Below, piece after piece: positions 48,101 to 56,837 of a DNA stretch of 58,554 nucleotides. Location: the sequence record SRR31156797_4653; one strand, 5' to 3'. The position numbers were made by a program, and so were the translations under genes. The number at the start of each line of letters is the position of its first letter. The stretch's first letter is position 1. The notes beneath the pieces were generated by a model, which was not told where the DNA came from, did no database searches, and saw nothing but the letters and a program-made list of their open reading frames with translations.

Positions 48101-48877
48101 TTACATCGGCGAATTGGTGGATACGACTGAAGCATGGTTTTTAGAACCGGGCTGCACGTTGTGTCCTTTCTTGCGCTTGCCGTGGGCGGGTTCCCATATA
48201 CCGTAATCAACACGTTTGACCTGTAGTACCGGGTGCCCTCCCCAGAGGGATGGCCTGATCCATGTGGCATTTTGCAGTTCATCTCCGGGCAATGGAATCA
48301 GTGGGTCGCGGTCCGTGGAGATCACATCGATCCCGGCCTCAAGCAGGTCCTGAATATGCAGGTTTGTGCCCAGTTCGCGCAGGCGGCCGTATTCAATAAA
48401 ACGTCCGCACCATCCGTAAACTGTAAGTCCTACAGCGGCGGTGGCTCCGATGATGCCGTCATTGGTGCCGCCCAGACCGTAAAGTTCGATGGATCTGGCT
48501 ACGTGCATGGCGTCTTTCTGAGTTTGTCTGTGTCCGGTAACCTGTTTGGAAAAGTCTATAATTTCGCTGTTTACCTCGTCTTCGCGGGCAATGCACAGTC
48601 CTGGATCACTACCGGGGGCGCAATATTTATGCAGGTGTCCAGTGGCCTGTTCTCGCAGGTAATCAAGGCTACTGTTCGGGGAAATTTCAATGATGGCACA
48701 GGCAGAACTGTTGTTGGAGGTGTACGGAATATTGTCCAGCCGGGGCAGCTGGTGGCGGACCACGCCGATTACGTGACAATCGTTATCCAGCCCGTAAACA
48801 AATTCGCGAACCAGTCGCCCGGTTCCCATGGTGGCGTTCTTGTCGTCAGTATCGTCAAATCCCATATAAATGCGCAT
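48101..48877 (-). CDS. Protein resembling the N-terminal domain of TiaS (DDTD motif), function unknown
   Basis: GFDDTD..GTG, RHQL..IPYTSNNS, GIIGATAAVG; AAAGGAG RBS. Confidence 0.65.
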   Translation of the reverse strand: MRIYMGFDDTDDKNATMGTGRLVREFVYGLDNDCHVIGVVRHQLPRLDNIPYTSNNSSACAIIEISPNSSLDYLREQATGHLHKYCAPGSDPGLCIAREDEVNSEIIDFSKQVTGHRQTQKDAMHVARSIELYGLGGTNDGIIGATAAVGLTVYGWCGRFIEYGRLRELGTNLHIQDLLEAGIDVISTDRDPLIPLPGDELQNATWIRPSLWGGHPVLQVKRVDYGIWEPAHGKRKKGHNVQPGSKNHASVVSTNSPM

Positions 48878-49016
48878 TCCGTTTCTCCTTTTGAATAGGC
48901 GTCACACATCTCACCCATGTACGCGCAAGTCAACTTGGCCTGCTCTGCTGTTGAAACGGCACAAGTAGATCGCTCTGGATGATAAGTACGGATTGTGCGT
49001 TATAACCGGTTAAAAT

Positions 49017-49781
49017 CTATTGAAGACTCCGAGTTTTTTGCAAAAAATTATCTATGATTTCTTGAGTTTCACCGGACTCAATCATATTTTTCAGGGCTGC
49101 GTTAAGTTCAGGAATTTTTTGAGCCAAGGGGGATTTTTTAGAGACAGCAAAATAAACTTCAAGGGGCTTGCTGTATACATAGTCCGCTTTTTCAACTTTG
49201 TCCTGATAGCCGAGTTTGTAGAGTAGGTAGTCACCGACTGTTTCAGTGAGGATTAATGTGTTTATGCGTCCAAGTTCAAGTTTTTTAAAGTTGTTTGCAG
49301 CATCTTTTCCCATGTCTTTTCTTAGTTGTTCGTCATGGTCAAATTTGGGAAAGAATTTTGTACCAAGTGTGACCCCGATTCTATACTTGTATAAGTCTTC
49401 GTAGGATTTTATCTTCGTAGAACTTTCTTTTAGAACATAAAAAGCTTTAGAACTTTTCGTCTTATATGGAGGATCAAGGTAGATCATGTATTCCTCACGC
49501 TCATGATGTTTGAGCAAGCCACTCATAATATCGGCTGTCCCTTTCTTCATCATCCTTTGAGCTCGTTTCCATGGACGGATTACGTAGTTGGCTTTCAGAT
49601 CTACTTTTTGCAGCAGAGCGTTTGTTAACTCAATATTGATGCCGCTGATATCGTGACTGTTTTTGACTATTCGCCATGGCGGATAATCTGATACTGGAAC
49701 AATGACTTCCTGTGCTGTGCTTGAAGATGCTGTAGAGGTTAAGAGCAGTACAGTTAGTAGGGTCGTGAGGATTTGTTTCAT
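49017..49781 (-). CDS. Extracellular solute-binding protein, family 3
   Basis: Signal peptide; YPPW, PWKRA, GRIN, YFAVSKKS. Confidence 0.85.
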   Translation of the reverse strand: MKQILTTLLTVLLLTSTASSSTAQEVIVPVSDYPPWRIVKNSHDISGINIELTNALLQKVDLKANYVIRPWKRAQRMMKKGTADIMSGLLKHHEREEYMIYLDPPYKTKSSKAFYVLKESSTKIKSYEDLYKYRIGVTLGTKFFPKFDHDEQLRKDMGKDAANNFKKLELGRINTLILTETVGDYLLYKLGYQDKVEKADYVYSKPLEVYFAVSKKSPLAQKIPELNAALKNMIESGETQEIIDNFLQKTRSLQ

Positions 49782-49817
49782 TGTGGCCTAATACATAATT
49801 TATTTTAGAAAATCCAG

Positions 49818-49843
49818 CAGGCCCCTCTAAAAGGAGGGGCCTG
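49818..49843. terminator. Hairpin terminator after the efflux operon
   Basis: CAGGCCCCTC/GAGGGGCCTG. Confidence 0.6.
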
Positions 49844-49855
49844 TCAAGTCTCAGA

Positions 49856-51211
49856 TTATTCGAAACTTCCGCCGAGGGCTAGATGCAGGTTTACTCTGTT
49901 TCCCAAACGTTCACGGCGGATATCCAGTAGAGTCATTTCAGAACCTATCCAGCGGGTTTGATGGCTAAGCAGTTCAAACAGATCTATTTTGCCGACTTTG
50001 TATTGAATCTGGGCCAGTTCAAATGTCTTTTTGTTGTCCACTGTGGCTTGGGTCAGATATTCTTCTCGCTCCTTGAGCAGTTCTTCTCCGGCAAGACTGT
50101 TCTCCACTTCCCTAAAGGCATTCAGTGCTACAGATGCGTAGTTAGCGATTGCTTCCTTCTGTATAGCTGTTGCCTGTTCTATCTCTGCCTCGATTTCGCC
50201 ACCGGTGTATAGCGGGGCAAATACTCCAGTAGTTAGTCCTGTAATGGCGTCATTTAGTGCGTTGATCCCGGCTCCGGCCCCGAAAGTGAAGCGAGGCAGG
50301 TGAAGGAGCTCGGCTCCCTTTTCAGTATAAAAGGCTGCTGCCACCCGGTCTTCTGCGGCAATGATATCCGGCCTTCTTTCAAGGATGGATGATGGTTGCC
50401 CCACTGGGATGGCAGGAGGAGTTGCGGCCAGTTTGTCTGCGCCTTTAAGGGTGTTGGACGGATAACGGCCTATGAGGGTTTCAAGGCTGCGTGATGCTTT
50501 CTCACGGGCCTGTTCTGACTTGATAAGAGCGTCTTTTGCTGCAGCAAGCTGGGCATGAACCTGATGTACTTCCATCATGGATACCTTGCCTACTTTCTGC
50601 TTGCGCTCCTCGATACCGTTCATTTTTTCCAGAATATCAACAACGGATTTAAGAAAGTCCTGTTGAACATCGATTTCATTGAGCAGGAACCAGTTACGGG
50701 CTGTTGCCGCAGCCAGTGATTGGCGTCCGAATTCGTAATCTGCCTGCACTGCCTTGGCTGATTCTTCAGCGGAACGTTTACCCTGTCCTAGTCTGCCCCA
50801 GACATCAGCCTCCCATGAAATGCCCAGTCCCGCACCCTGCTGTCTGGCGGTTCCTCCGGCTGTTGTTCCGGCCAGTTGTCCACCCAGCCCTACGGAGGGT
50901 AGCAGAGCCGCTCCGGCCTGTTTGGCGAGAGCGTTGGCCTGATCAACTCTGGCTGCGGAAGCTTGCAGATCGGGGTTGTTTTTTATGGCTTCGGCAACAA
51001 GTGCGTTGAGCTGTCTGTCTTTGAAGTCATGAATCCAGCCGTCCTTGACCGTGCCGCTATTGATAACGGAAGCGGCCCATTCATTCGGAGTGGCGGTTTT
51101 GGTGCTGTTTGCCCCGGCAGTGGCTTCGGAGTGGGAGTAATTGCGCTTGCATCCGCAGAAAACCAGCAGGGTTACGAGTGCCATTAATAATATTTTTACA
51201 TTGCTACGCAT
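49856..51211 (-). CDS. Outer-membrane efflux lipoprotein (NodT/OprM/TolC family)
   Basis: Lipobox-like FCGC, NNPDL, SWEADVWG, RRPDI, LHLALG. Confidence 0.92.
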   Translation of the reverse strand: MRSNVKILLMALVTLLVFCGCKRNYSHSEATAGANSTKTATPNEWAASVINSGTVKDGWIHDFKDRQLNALVAEAIKNNPDLQASAARVDQANALAKQAGAALLPSVGLGGQLAGTTAGGTARQQGAGLGISWEADVWGRLGQGKRSAEESAKAVQADYEFGRQSLAAATARNWFLLNEIDVQQDFLKSVVDILEKMNGIEERKQKVGKVSMMEVHQVHAQLAAAKDALIKSEQAREKASRSLETLIGRYPSNTLKGADKLAATPPAIPVGQPSSILERRPDIIAAEDRVAAAFYTEKGAELLHLPRFTFGAGAGINALNDAITGLTTGVFAPLYTGGEIEAEIEQATAIQKEAIANYASVALNAFREVENSLAGEELLKEREEYLTQATVDNKKTFELAQIQYKVGKIDLFELLSHQTRWIGSEMTLLDIRRERLGNRVNLHLALGGSFE

Positions 51212-51225
51212 AATCTCTCTCCTGC

Positions 51226-52179
51226 TTAGAGTGCTTCAAAGCAGATGATGTTCCGCCAGCTGACCATGCGCAGCAGGACTTGCCTGATCAGGGCCAGCGG
51301 TTCCATGCTTTCGCTGTACACGCTGACAGCGGCCGCACTGCCAAGAGGCAGGTTGTATGCGGACATGTCATCGGTGATATTGATGAATACCGGAACCCTG
51401 CCTTCGGGAATATGGGTGGATACGCTCAAGAGGTCTCCGGACGGTTGAAGTTGCCCTTCTGCCAGTGCTTCCTGAACTTTGGTTACCTCACCTTTGAAAG
51501 CCCTACCCGGAATAGCCGGGAATATTACTTCGGCTTTGAAGCCGGGTTTGATGTTTTGAAGCGGGTTCTGTTTGAAAGCAGCCACCAGCATGGGAGCTTC
51601 GGAATGGACAAAGGTCATTACCGGGCGCAGAGGCAAAGGAACTGCCATCATGCCCGGACGTAGCCTTAGCTGAGTGACCCAGCCGTCGGTGGGAGCTACA
51701 ACCGTGGTGCTGTTCAGGTCGAACAGGGCTTTGTCCAGCTCGGATTGCAGTTTGTTTACTTCCTGTTGATATTGCTCCACGTCATATTTGCTGCCTGCGG
51801 AATGTTTTGCCAGTTCTTTGGATTCAGCAAGGCGGCGTTTGGCAAAACCCAGCTGGGCATCCACTGCATCGACTCTAGCTTTGAAGGGAGTATGGTCGAT
51901 GGAAAACAGTTTGTCCCCGGCTTTGATGGGGGTGTTCGGCTTTACGTGTACGGAAATAGTTTTGCCCCGGACTTGCGAAACAATGGGTGTGGTCTGGAAG
52001 TAAATTCGTGCTTCCGGGGTGTAAGGATGGTAGAACGCCATGCACAGGAAAATTCCGCCGACCACGAAAATCCCGCCCACCACAGCAGTGGTCACTGTCC
52101 ATTTAGTTACCGGTATCTTCAGGACTTTGAAGGCAAAGAAAACAATAGCCGCGTATGTTAATTCAATAAGTATATCCAC
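51226..52179 (-). CDS. HlyD family membrane fusion protein (YibH/YiaV-like)
   Basis: N-terminal TM segments; GDKLFSID, VVAPTDG. Confidence 0.9.
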   Translation of the reverse strand: MDILIELTYAAIVFFAFKVLKIPVTKWTVTTAVVGGIFVVGGIFLCMAFYHPYTPEARIYFQTTPIVSQVRGKTISVHVKPNTPIKAGDKLFSIDHTPFKARVDAVDAQLGFAKRRLAESKELAKHSAGSKYDVEQYQQEVNKLQSELDKALFDLNSTTVVAPTDGWVTQLRLRPGMMAVPLPLRPVMTFVHSEAPMLVAAFKQNPLQNIKPGFKAEVIFPAIPGRAFKGEVTKVQEALAEGQLQPSGDLLSVSTHIPEGRVPVFINITDDMSAYNLPLGSAAAVSVYSESMEPLALIRQVLLRMVSWRNIICFEAL

Positions 52180-52181
52180 GG

Positions 52182-52520
52182 CTATACCTCACTTGTTTCC
52201 GGTTTTACTTCCGGTTCGGCTGTATCTTCCGTGCTAGTGGATTCTGTTTCGTGCTCCACAAAAGTTTTATCGCTTTCCAGATCCGGTTTGTGGATCATGG
52301 CCCATATCCAGAGGAAGGGCCAGATTGCGTGCAGGGTAAATAGGCTGACCCAACCTGCGGCGTGGATGGCATCCTGATGGGGATGGTTTCGCTTTTTGGC
52401 AATGTTGTAAGGAATATCGTGAATAAAGATGATGCCGTAGACCAGCACCAGAAATACAAAGATCAGCATTCCGGCACCGATGTAGTCCAATATCCGGGAA
52501 TCCGTCTCAATCATAAGCAT
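52182..52520 (-). CDS. DUF3302 domain membrane protein (YibI/YiaW-like)
   Basis: IHDIPYNIAKKRNHPHQDAIHAAGWVSLFTLHAIWPFLWIWA. Confidence 0.9.
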   Translation of the reverse strand: MLMIETDSRILDYIGAGMLIFVFLVLVYGIIFIHDIPYNIAKKRNHPHQDAIHAAGWVSLFTLHAIWPFLWIWAMIHKPDLESDKTFVEHETESTSTEDTAEPEVKPETSEV

Positions 52521-52718
52521 CTCCTTCCTAAATACATTATGTAAGTAATTGATTACTTTATTAGAAATTAAGCTTTAATTTCCTGTAACATATTTAAAGA
52601 AGAGGGCCTACCAAAAACTACCTTTTCTATGGGGGAATTGCTAACTACATCCCGCGATTGCGCTGCTGGACGCTCTGATGTAAATGGATATTCAACAAAA
52701 TAAGCAAGGAGTCTTTTT

Positions 52719-53375
52719 ATGGATAATATTGTTGCTGAATCTCTTACAGCTATGCCTGTTGAACGCAAAGATGGAACTTACGCCCTGCGTATTCCTCTGG
52801 CTCAGGGGCAGTTTACCCCCGGAATGATGAAAACCGTCATGGAAACCATGGCCAAATTCAACCTGACCTCCCTGCGCGTGACCACTGGGCAGCGCTTGAA
52901 TCTGGAAGGTATTCCCAAGGATAAGCTGGACGAAGTTATTGTCAGCCTCGGAACTAAGGTAGATAAAGTTCCGCCGACCGTAGGTGTCTGCACCGGTGCG
53001 GGCGTCTGTAAATACGGTGTTCAGGACAGCCGCGGCATGGGCAAGAAGCTGCTTGAAGTTATCAAGGCTAACGGTCCTTATCCCTTCAAGATCAAAAGTG
53101 GTGTTTCCGGCTGTAAAATGGTTTGTGCATTCAGTAATGTGCGTGACATCGGTCTCGTGGGTACCCCTAAAGGCTGGGATGTCCTCTTTGGTGGCGGAGC
53201 AGCACGTAATGTCCGGGCAGGTGTAAAAATCGGCACCAAACTCGGTGACGATGAAGCTCTTGCATTGATTGAAAAGGCTCTTGATTTCTACAAAGAAAAC
53301 GGTCGCAAGCGTGAACGTATCAGCGGTCTTGTCGACCGTCTCGGTGAAGAAGCTTTGCTCGAAGCCGTTAAGTAA
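52719..53375 (+). CDS. Small siroheme/[4Fe-4S] nitrite/sulfite reductase-like protein (alSiR-like, 218 aa)
   Basis: RVTTGQRL, CTGAGVC, KIKSGVSGCKMVC, DIGLVG, RERI. Confidence 0.85.
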   Translation: MDNIVAESLTAMPVERKDGTYALRIPLAQGQFTPGMMKTVMETMAKFNLTSLRVTTGQRLNLEGIPKDKLDEVIVSLGTKVDKVPPTVGVCTGAGVCKYGVQDSRGMGKKLLEVIKANGPYPFKIKSGVSGCKMVCAFSNVRDIGLVGTPKGWDVLFGGGAARNVRAGVKIGTKLGDDEALALIEKALDFYKENGRKRERISGLVDRLGEEALLEAVK

Positions 53376-53395
53376 GTTTATTTAGTATGGTTATG

Positions 53396-53432
53396 AAAAA
53401 GGCTGATTTCCTTCAGGAAATCAGCCTTTTTT
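53396..53432. terminator. Bidirectional terminator
   Basis: AAAAAGGCTGATTTCCT/AGGAAATCAGCCTTTTT. Confidence 0.8.
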
Positions 53433-53438
53433 CGTGTT

Positions 53439-53804
53439 CTACGATTCTTCCCGCTTCTCCAAATACTCCACAGCCCATCCATTTACACTTTCGAAGATGG
53501 GGATGAGTTTCAGGCCCATTTCGGTGAGTGAATATTCCACAGCCGGGGGCACTTCCTGATATACCTTGCGGCTGACGATGCCGTGTTTCTCCAATGCCCG
53601 TAGCTGTTGGGTCAGCATTTTCTGGGTCACTTTGGGCATGAGTCTGCGCATTTCTCCGAATCTTTTTGGTTTTCCGTCTGCAAGGTGCCAGATGATGAGC
53701 GGCACCCATTTTCCGGACAGGATTTCAAAGGCCACTTCCAATTCATATGTAAAGCTGCTGCAGCTCACTTTGTGAGTTCTGTCTTCAGGCATGATTCTCT
53801 CCAT
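53439..53804 (-). CDS. HxlR family winged-helix regulator
   Basis: GKWVPLIIWHL, KMLTQQLRALE, VPPAVEYSLT. Confidence 0.93.
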   Translation of the reverse strand: MERIMPEDRTHKVSCSSFTYELEVAFEILSGKWVPLIIWHLADGKPKRFGEMRRLMPKVTQKMLTQQLRALEKHGIVSRKVYQEVPPAVEYSLTEMGLKLIPIFESVNGWAVEYLEKREES

Positions 53805-53966
53805 TTTTTACGGCGGAATTTGGCCGTCATCAAAAAAATAAAAAATATTTGGATGAATTTTTTGGGGATTTTTGTGTTTTCTGAAAATTGCTTTTCAATT
53901 CAGCAGAGTCTTCAACTTACCAGATTTTAAGCTTTTTGTGTAGTTCTCAAATGATTCTAAGAAGTG

Positions 53967-53982
53967 GTTACCAAAAGGTAAC
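53967..53982. promoter_or_regulatory. Candidate HxlR operator between hxlR and adh
   Basis: GTTACC-AAAA-GGTAAC inverted repeat in the divergent promoter region. Confidence 0.55.
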
Positions 53983-54215
53983 TACTAACCAGTTGTAAAC
54001 TACGATACTGAAAGGTGCGTACTTTACATAAGAAAAATTTTTGTGTTTATAGCTTCTCAACCGATGCAAAGAAACGTTTCTTGGTTGTTGAAAAATTTTG
54101 TTTGACCGATTCTGGATGTTTTAAAAGTTATTAATAATCAGTTTCGGTTTGTTTTAAAGTAAAAGCATCTTTTTAATGATAAAATTGCTTTAAGAAAGTA
54201 ATGGAGAAAATTAAA

Positions 54216-55370
54216 ATGGCAAGATTTACCATTCCCCGCGAAGTGTACTTTGGTGCAGGTAGCATTGAAGAACTCAAGAATATTAAAGGAAGCAAAGCTG
54301 TAATCGTTATCAGCGGCGGTTCTGTAAAGAGAAACGGTGCTCTTGATAAGATTGAAGGCTTTCTGAAAGAAGCCGGCATCGAAACCACCCTGTTCGAAGG
54401 TGTTGAGGCTGACCCTTCCGTAGCCACTGTTCATCGTGGTGTTGAACTCATGAACGATTTCCAGCCTGACTGGATTATCGGCGTGGGCGGAGGTTCTCCC
54501 ATTGATGCTGCAAAAGCAATGTGGATTTTCTACGAAAACCCCGATTTTACCTTTGAAGAAGCTGCCAAGCCTTTCAACTTGCCTGAACTGCGCAAAAAAG
54601 CACGTTTCGCGGCTGTTCCCACCACCAGTGGTACCGGAACCGAGGTAACTGCGTTCTCTATCATCACCGACAATGATACTGAACTCAAGTTCCCCATCGC
54701 TGACTTCAATATTACTCCTGATTTGGCGATTGTTGATAGTGATCTGGCTCAGTCCATGCCTGCATCCCTCGTAGCACACACCGGTATGGATGCATTGACT
54801 CATGCTCTGGAAGCTTACGTTTCCATCATGTCCAATGAATTGACCGATTGTCTTGCAATGAAATCCATGGAGATGATTCAGGACGAACTGGTTGAATCTT
54901 ATAAGGGCGACAAGGAATCCAGAGACAAAATGCACGTTTCTCAGTGCTTGGCTGGTATGTCCTTCTCTAATGCGATCCTCGGCATTGTTCACAGCATGGC
55001 CCACAAGACCGGTCACCTTTTCAGTATTCCCCATGGTTGTGCAAATGCCATCTATCTTCCCGCAGCAATCCGCTTCAATGCAGAAAAAGCAGGTGAAAAA
55101 TACGCGGATGCCGCAAAGAGGCTCGGTCTCTCCGGTTCCAATACTGATGAGCTGGTAGAATCCTTGATTAACTTCGTGAAAAAACTCAATGTGGATATGC
55201 AGATTCCTGTAAGCCTTAAAGAGTTCGGTGTTAATGAAGATGACTTCCTTGCCAATCTCGACAAAATTGCCGAAGGCGCATGTGAAGATCCCTGCACCAG
55301 CACCAACCCGCGTGAAATCAGCGTTGAGCAGATGAAAGAACTGTTCAAAGAATCCTTCTATGGTAAATAA
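54216..55370 (+). CDS. Iron-containing alcohol dehydrogenase
   Basis: GGGSPID, PTTSGTGTE, GMDALTHALE, HSMAH, HGCAN. Confidence 0.95.
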   Translation: MARFTIPREVYFGAGSIEELKNIKGSKAVIVISGGSVKRNGALDKIEGFLKEAGIETTLFEGVEADPSVATVHRGVELMNDFQPDWIIGVGGGSPIDAAKAMWIFYENPDFTFEEAAKPFNLPELRKKARFAAVPTTSGTGTEVTAFSIITDNDTELKFPIADFNITPDLAIVDSDLAQSMPASLVAHTGMDALTHALEAYVSIMSNELTDCLAMKSMEMIQDELVESYKGDKESRDKMHVSQCLAGMSFSNAILGIVHSMAHKTGHLFSIPHGCANAIYLPAAIRFNAEKAGEKYADAAKRLGLSGSNTDELVESLINFVKKLNVDMQIPVSLKEFGVNEDDFLANLDKIAEGACEDPCTSTNPREISVEQMKELFKESFYGK

Positions 55371-55440
55371 AGACCACAGGCTGTGAATTGTTGAAGCAGC
55401 CGAATAATTCTGAATGGCGATAGGTTTATCGCCAGCATGG

Positions 55441-55464
55441 GGGGTGGACCTTCGAGTCCACCCC
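55441..55464. terminator. GC-rich hairpin downstream of adh
   Basis: GGGGTGGAC-CTTCGA-GTCCACCCC. Confidence 0.5.
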
Positions 55465-55554
55465 TGTTATTACCCGCTTTCCACGCACTACTTTCTTATC
55501 CTTTTCAAGATAATCGGCTCGGTTCATTCAAGAGTCAAACCACACATCATTCAT

Positions 55555-56778
55555 ATGGGAAAACATATAATTGAAGAGGCGACCCGCTGTCTGCAATGCA
55601 AGAAACCACTCTGCAGCAAAGGTTGTCCCCTAGGAACACCTATCAATAAAATGATCGAACTCCTGCTGGACGGCAAAATGCAGGAGGCCGGGGCCATGCT
55701 TTTCGAGAACAACCCACTTTCCGTGGTCTGTTCTCTCATCTGTCCCCATGAAAATTTCTGTGAAGGGCATTGCATTCTGGGGCGTAAGAGTTCGCCGGTG
55801 CAGTGTAGCGATATTGAAAACTACATTTCCCGCTATTATCTGGCTCAGTTTCAGCCGCAGAAGAAAAAGGAGCGCAAAGAGCGCATCGCTATTGTCGGTT
55901 CCGGCCCTGCCGGGATTACTGTTGCTTTTATCCTTGCCCTTAAGGGGTACGAGGTGACCATTTTCGAATCTGAGGATAAGATCGGCGGGGTCCTGCAATA
56001 TGGTATTCCGGAATTCCGTCTGCCTAAGGATATTCTTGAAAAGCTGCGTGAAGTGCTCATTCAATTGGGCGTGAAAATACGTCCCAACATGCTTATCGGT
56101 CCTGTTATAAGTCTTGATGACCTGCTTCGTGACGGGTACAAGGCGATCTTCATTGGTACCGGGGTCTGGAATCCGCGCCCGCTGAGACTTAAAGGAGAAA
56201 CTCTCGGGCATGTGCATTACGCCATTAACTACCTGAAGAATCCCGATGTATATCAGCTCGGCAAGAAAATCGCAGTTATTGGGGCTGGGAACGTGGCCAT
56301 GGATGTGGCCCGGACAGCCTTGCGTAAAGGCGCAGAGGAAGTAACCGTGCTTTATCGTCGTGGCCAGGAAGACATGTCTGCCACCAAATATGAACAGGAT
56401 TACGCCAAACTGGACGGGGTTCGCTTCAAGTTTTATCATTCCCCGCTGGAGTTGACCGAGGAAGGCGTTATTTGCGTGCATACAGAAAAGCAGGTCGGGG
56501 AAGATGGCAAGACCAAGCTGGTTACCGTTGAAGGTTCCGAGAAGCTGGAGCAGGCCGATTCCATTTTTATCGCTGTAAGTCAGGCTCCGCGTAATAACCT
56601 TACCGGGATCGAGATCGGCAAGACCGGACTGGTTATCACCGACGAAGAAGGGCGCACTACCCGTGACGGCGTCTTCGCTTCCGGGGATGTGGTTACCGGA
56701 GCCAGAACCGTAGCCGAAGCTGTGCGTTGTTCCAAGAATTCTGCGCAGGCAATTATGGATTACGTGGAAGGCTTGTAG
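55555..56778 (+). CDS. GltD/SudA/NfnB-like NAD(P)-dependent Fe-S flavoprotein oxidoreductase
   Basis: CLQCKKPLCSKGCP, CSLICP...CEGHC, GSGPAG, GAGNVAMD, ASGDVVTG. Confidence 0.9.
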   Translation: MGKHIIEEATRCLQCKKPLCSKGCPLGTPINKMIELLLDGKMQEAGAMLFENNPLSVVCSLICPHENFCEGHCILGRKSSPVQCSDIENYISRYYLAQFQPQKKKERKERIAIVGSGPAGITVAFILALKGYEVTIFESEDKIGGVLQYGIPEFRLPKDILEKLREVLIQLGVKIRPNMLIGPVISLDDLLRDGYKAIFIGTGVWNPRPLRLKGETLGHVHYAINYLKNPDVYQLGKKIAVIGAGNVAMDVARTALRKGAEEVTVLYRRGQEDMSATKYEQDYAKLDGVRFKFYHSPLELTEEGVICVHTEKQVGEDGKTKLVTVEGSEKLEQADSIFIAVSQAPRNNLTGIEIGKTGLVITDEEGRTTRDGVFASGDVVTGARTVAEAVRCSKNSAQAIMDYVEGL

Positions 56779-56803
56779 AAAGTTTGAATTAAGTTGAAAT
56801 TAG

Positions 56804-56835
56804 AATGGCCCGCATTTTTGTGCGGGCCATTTTTT
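56804..56835. terminator. Terminator between convergent genes
   Basis: AATGGCCCGCA/TGCGGGCCATT plus T run. Confidence 0.75.
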
Positions 56836-56837
56836 AT

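Noticed and set aside
48233-48898. 221-aa plus-strand ORF
   Set aside because: Antisense to the DDTD-motif gene, which has a strong RBS and conserved motifs
54059-54090. GCAAA-containing palindromic stretch upstream of adh as a c-di-GMP-I riboswitch
   Set aside because: Lacks the paired GGCAAA/GNRA hairpin and second-stem architecture
54138-56481. Long minus-strand ORFs 54138-55034 and 55630-56481
   Set aside because: Antisense to well-supported adh and gltD-like genes; typical codon-bias shadows
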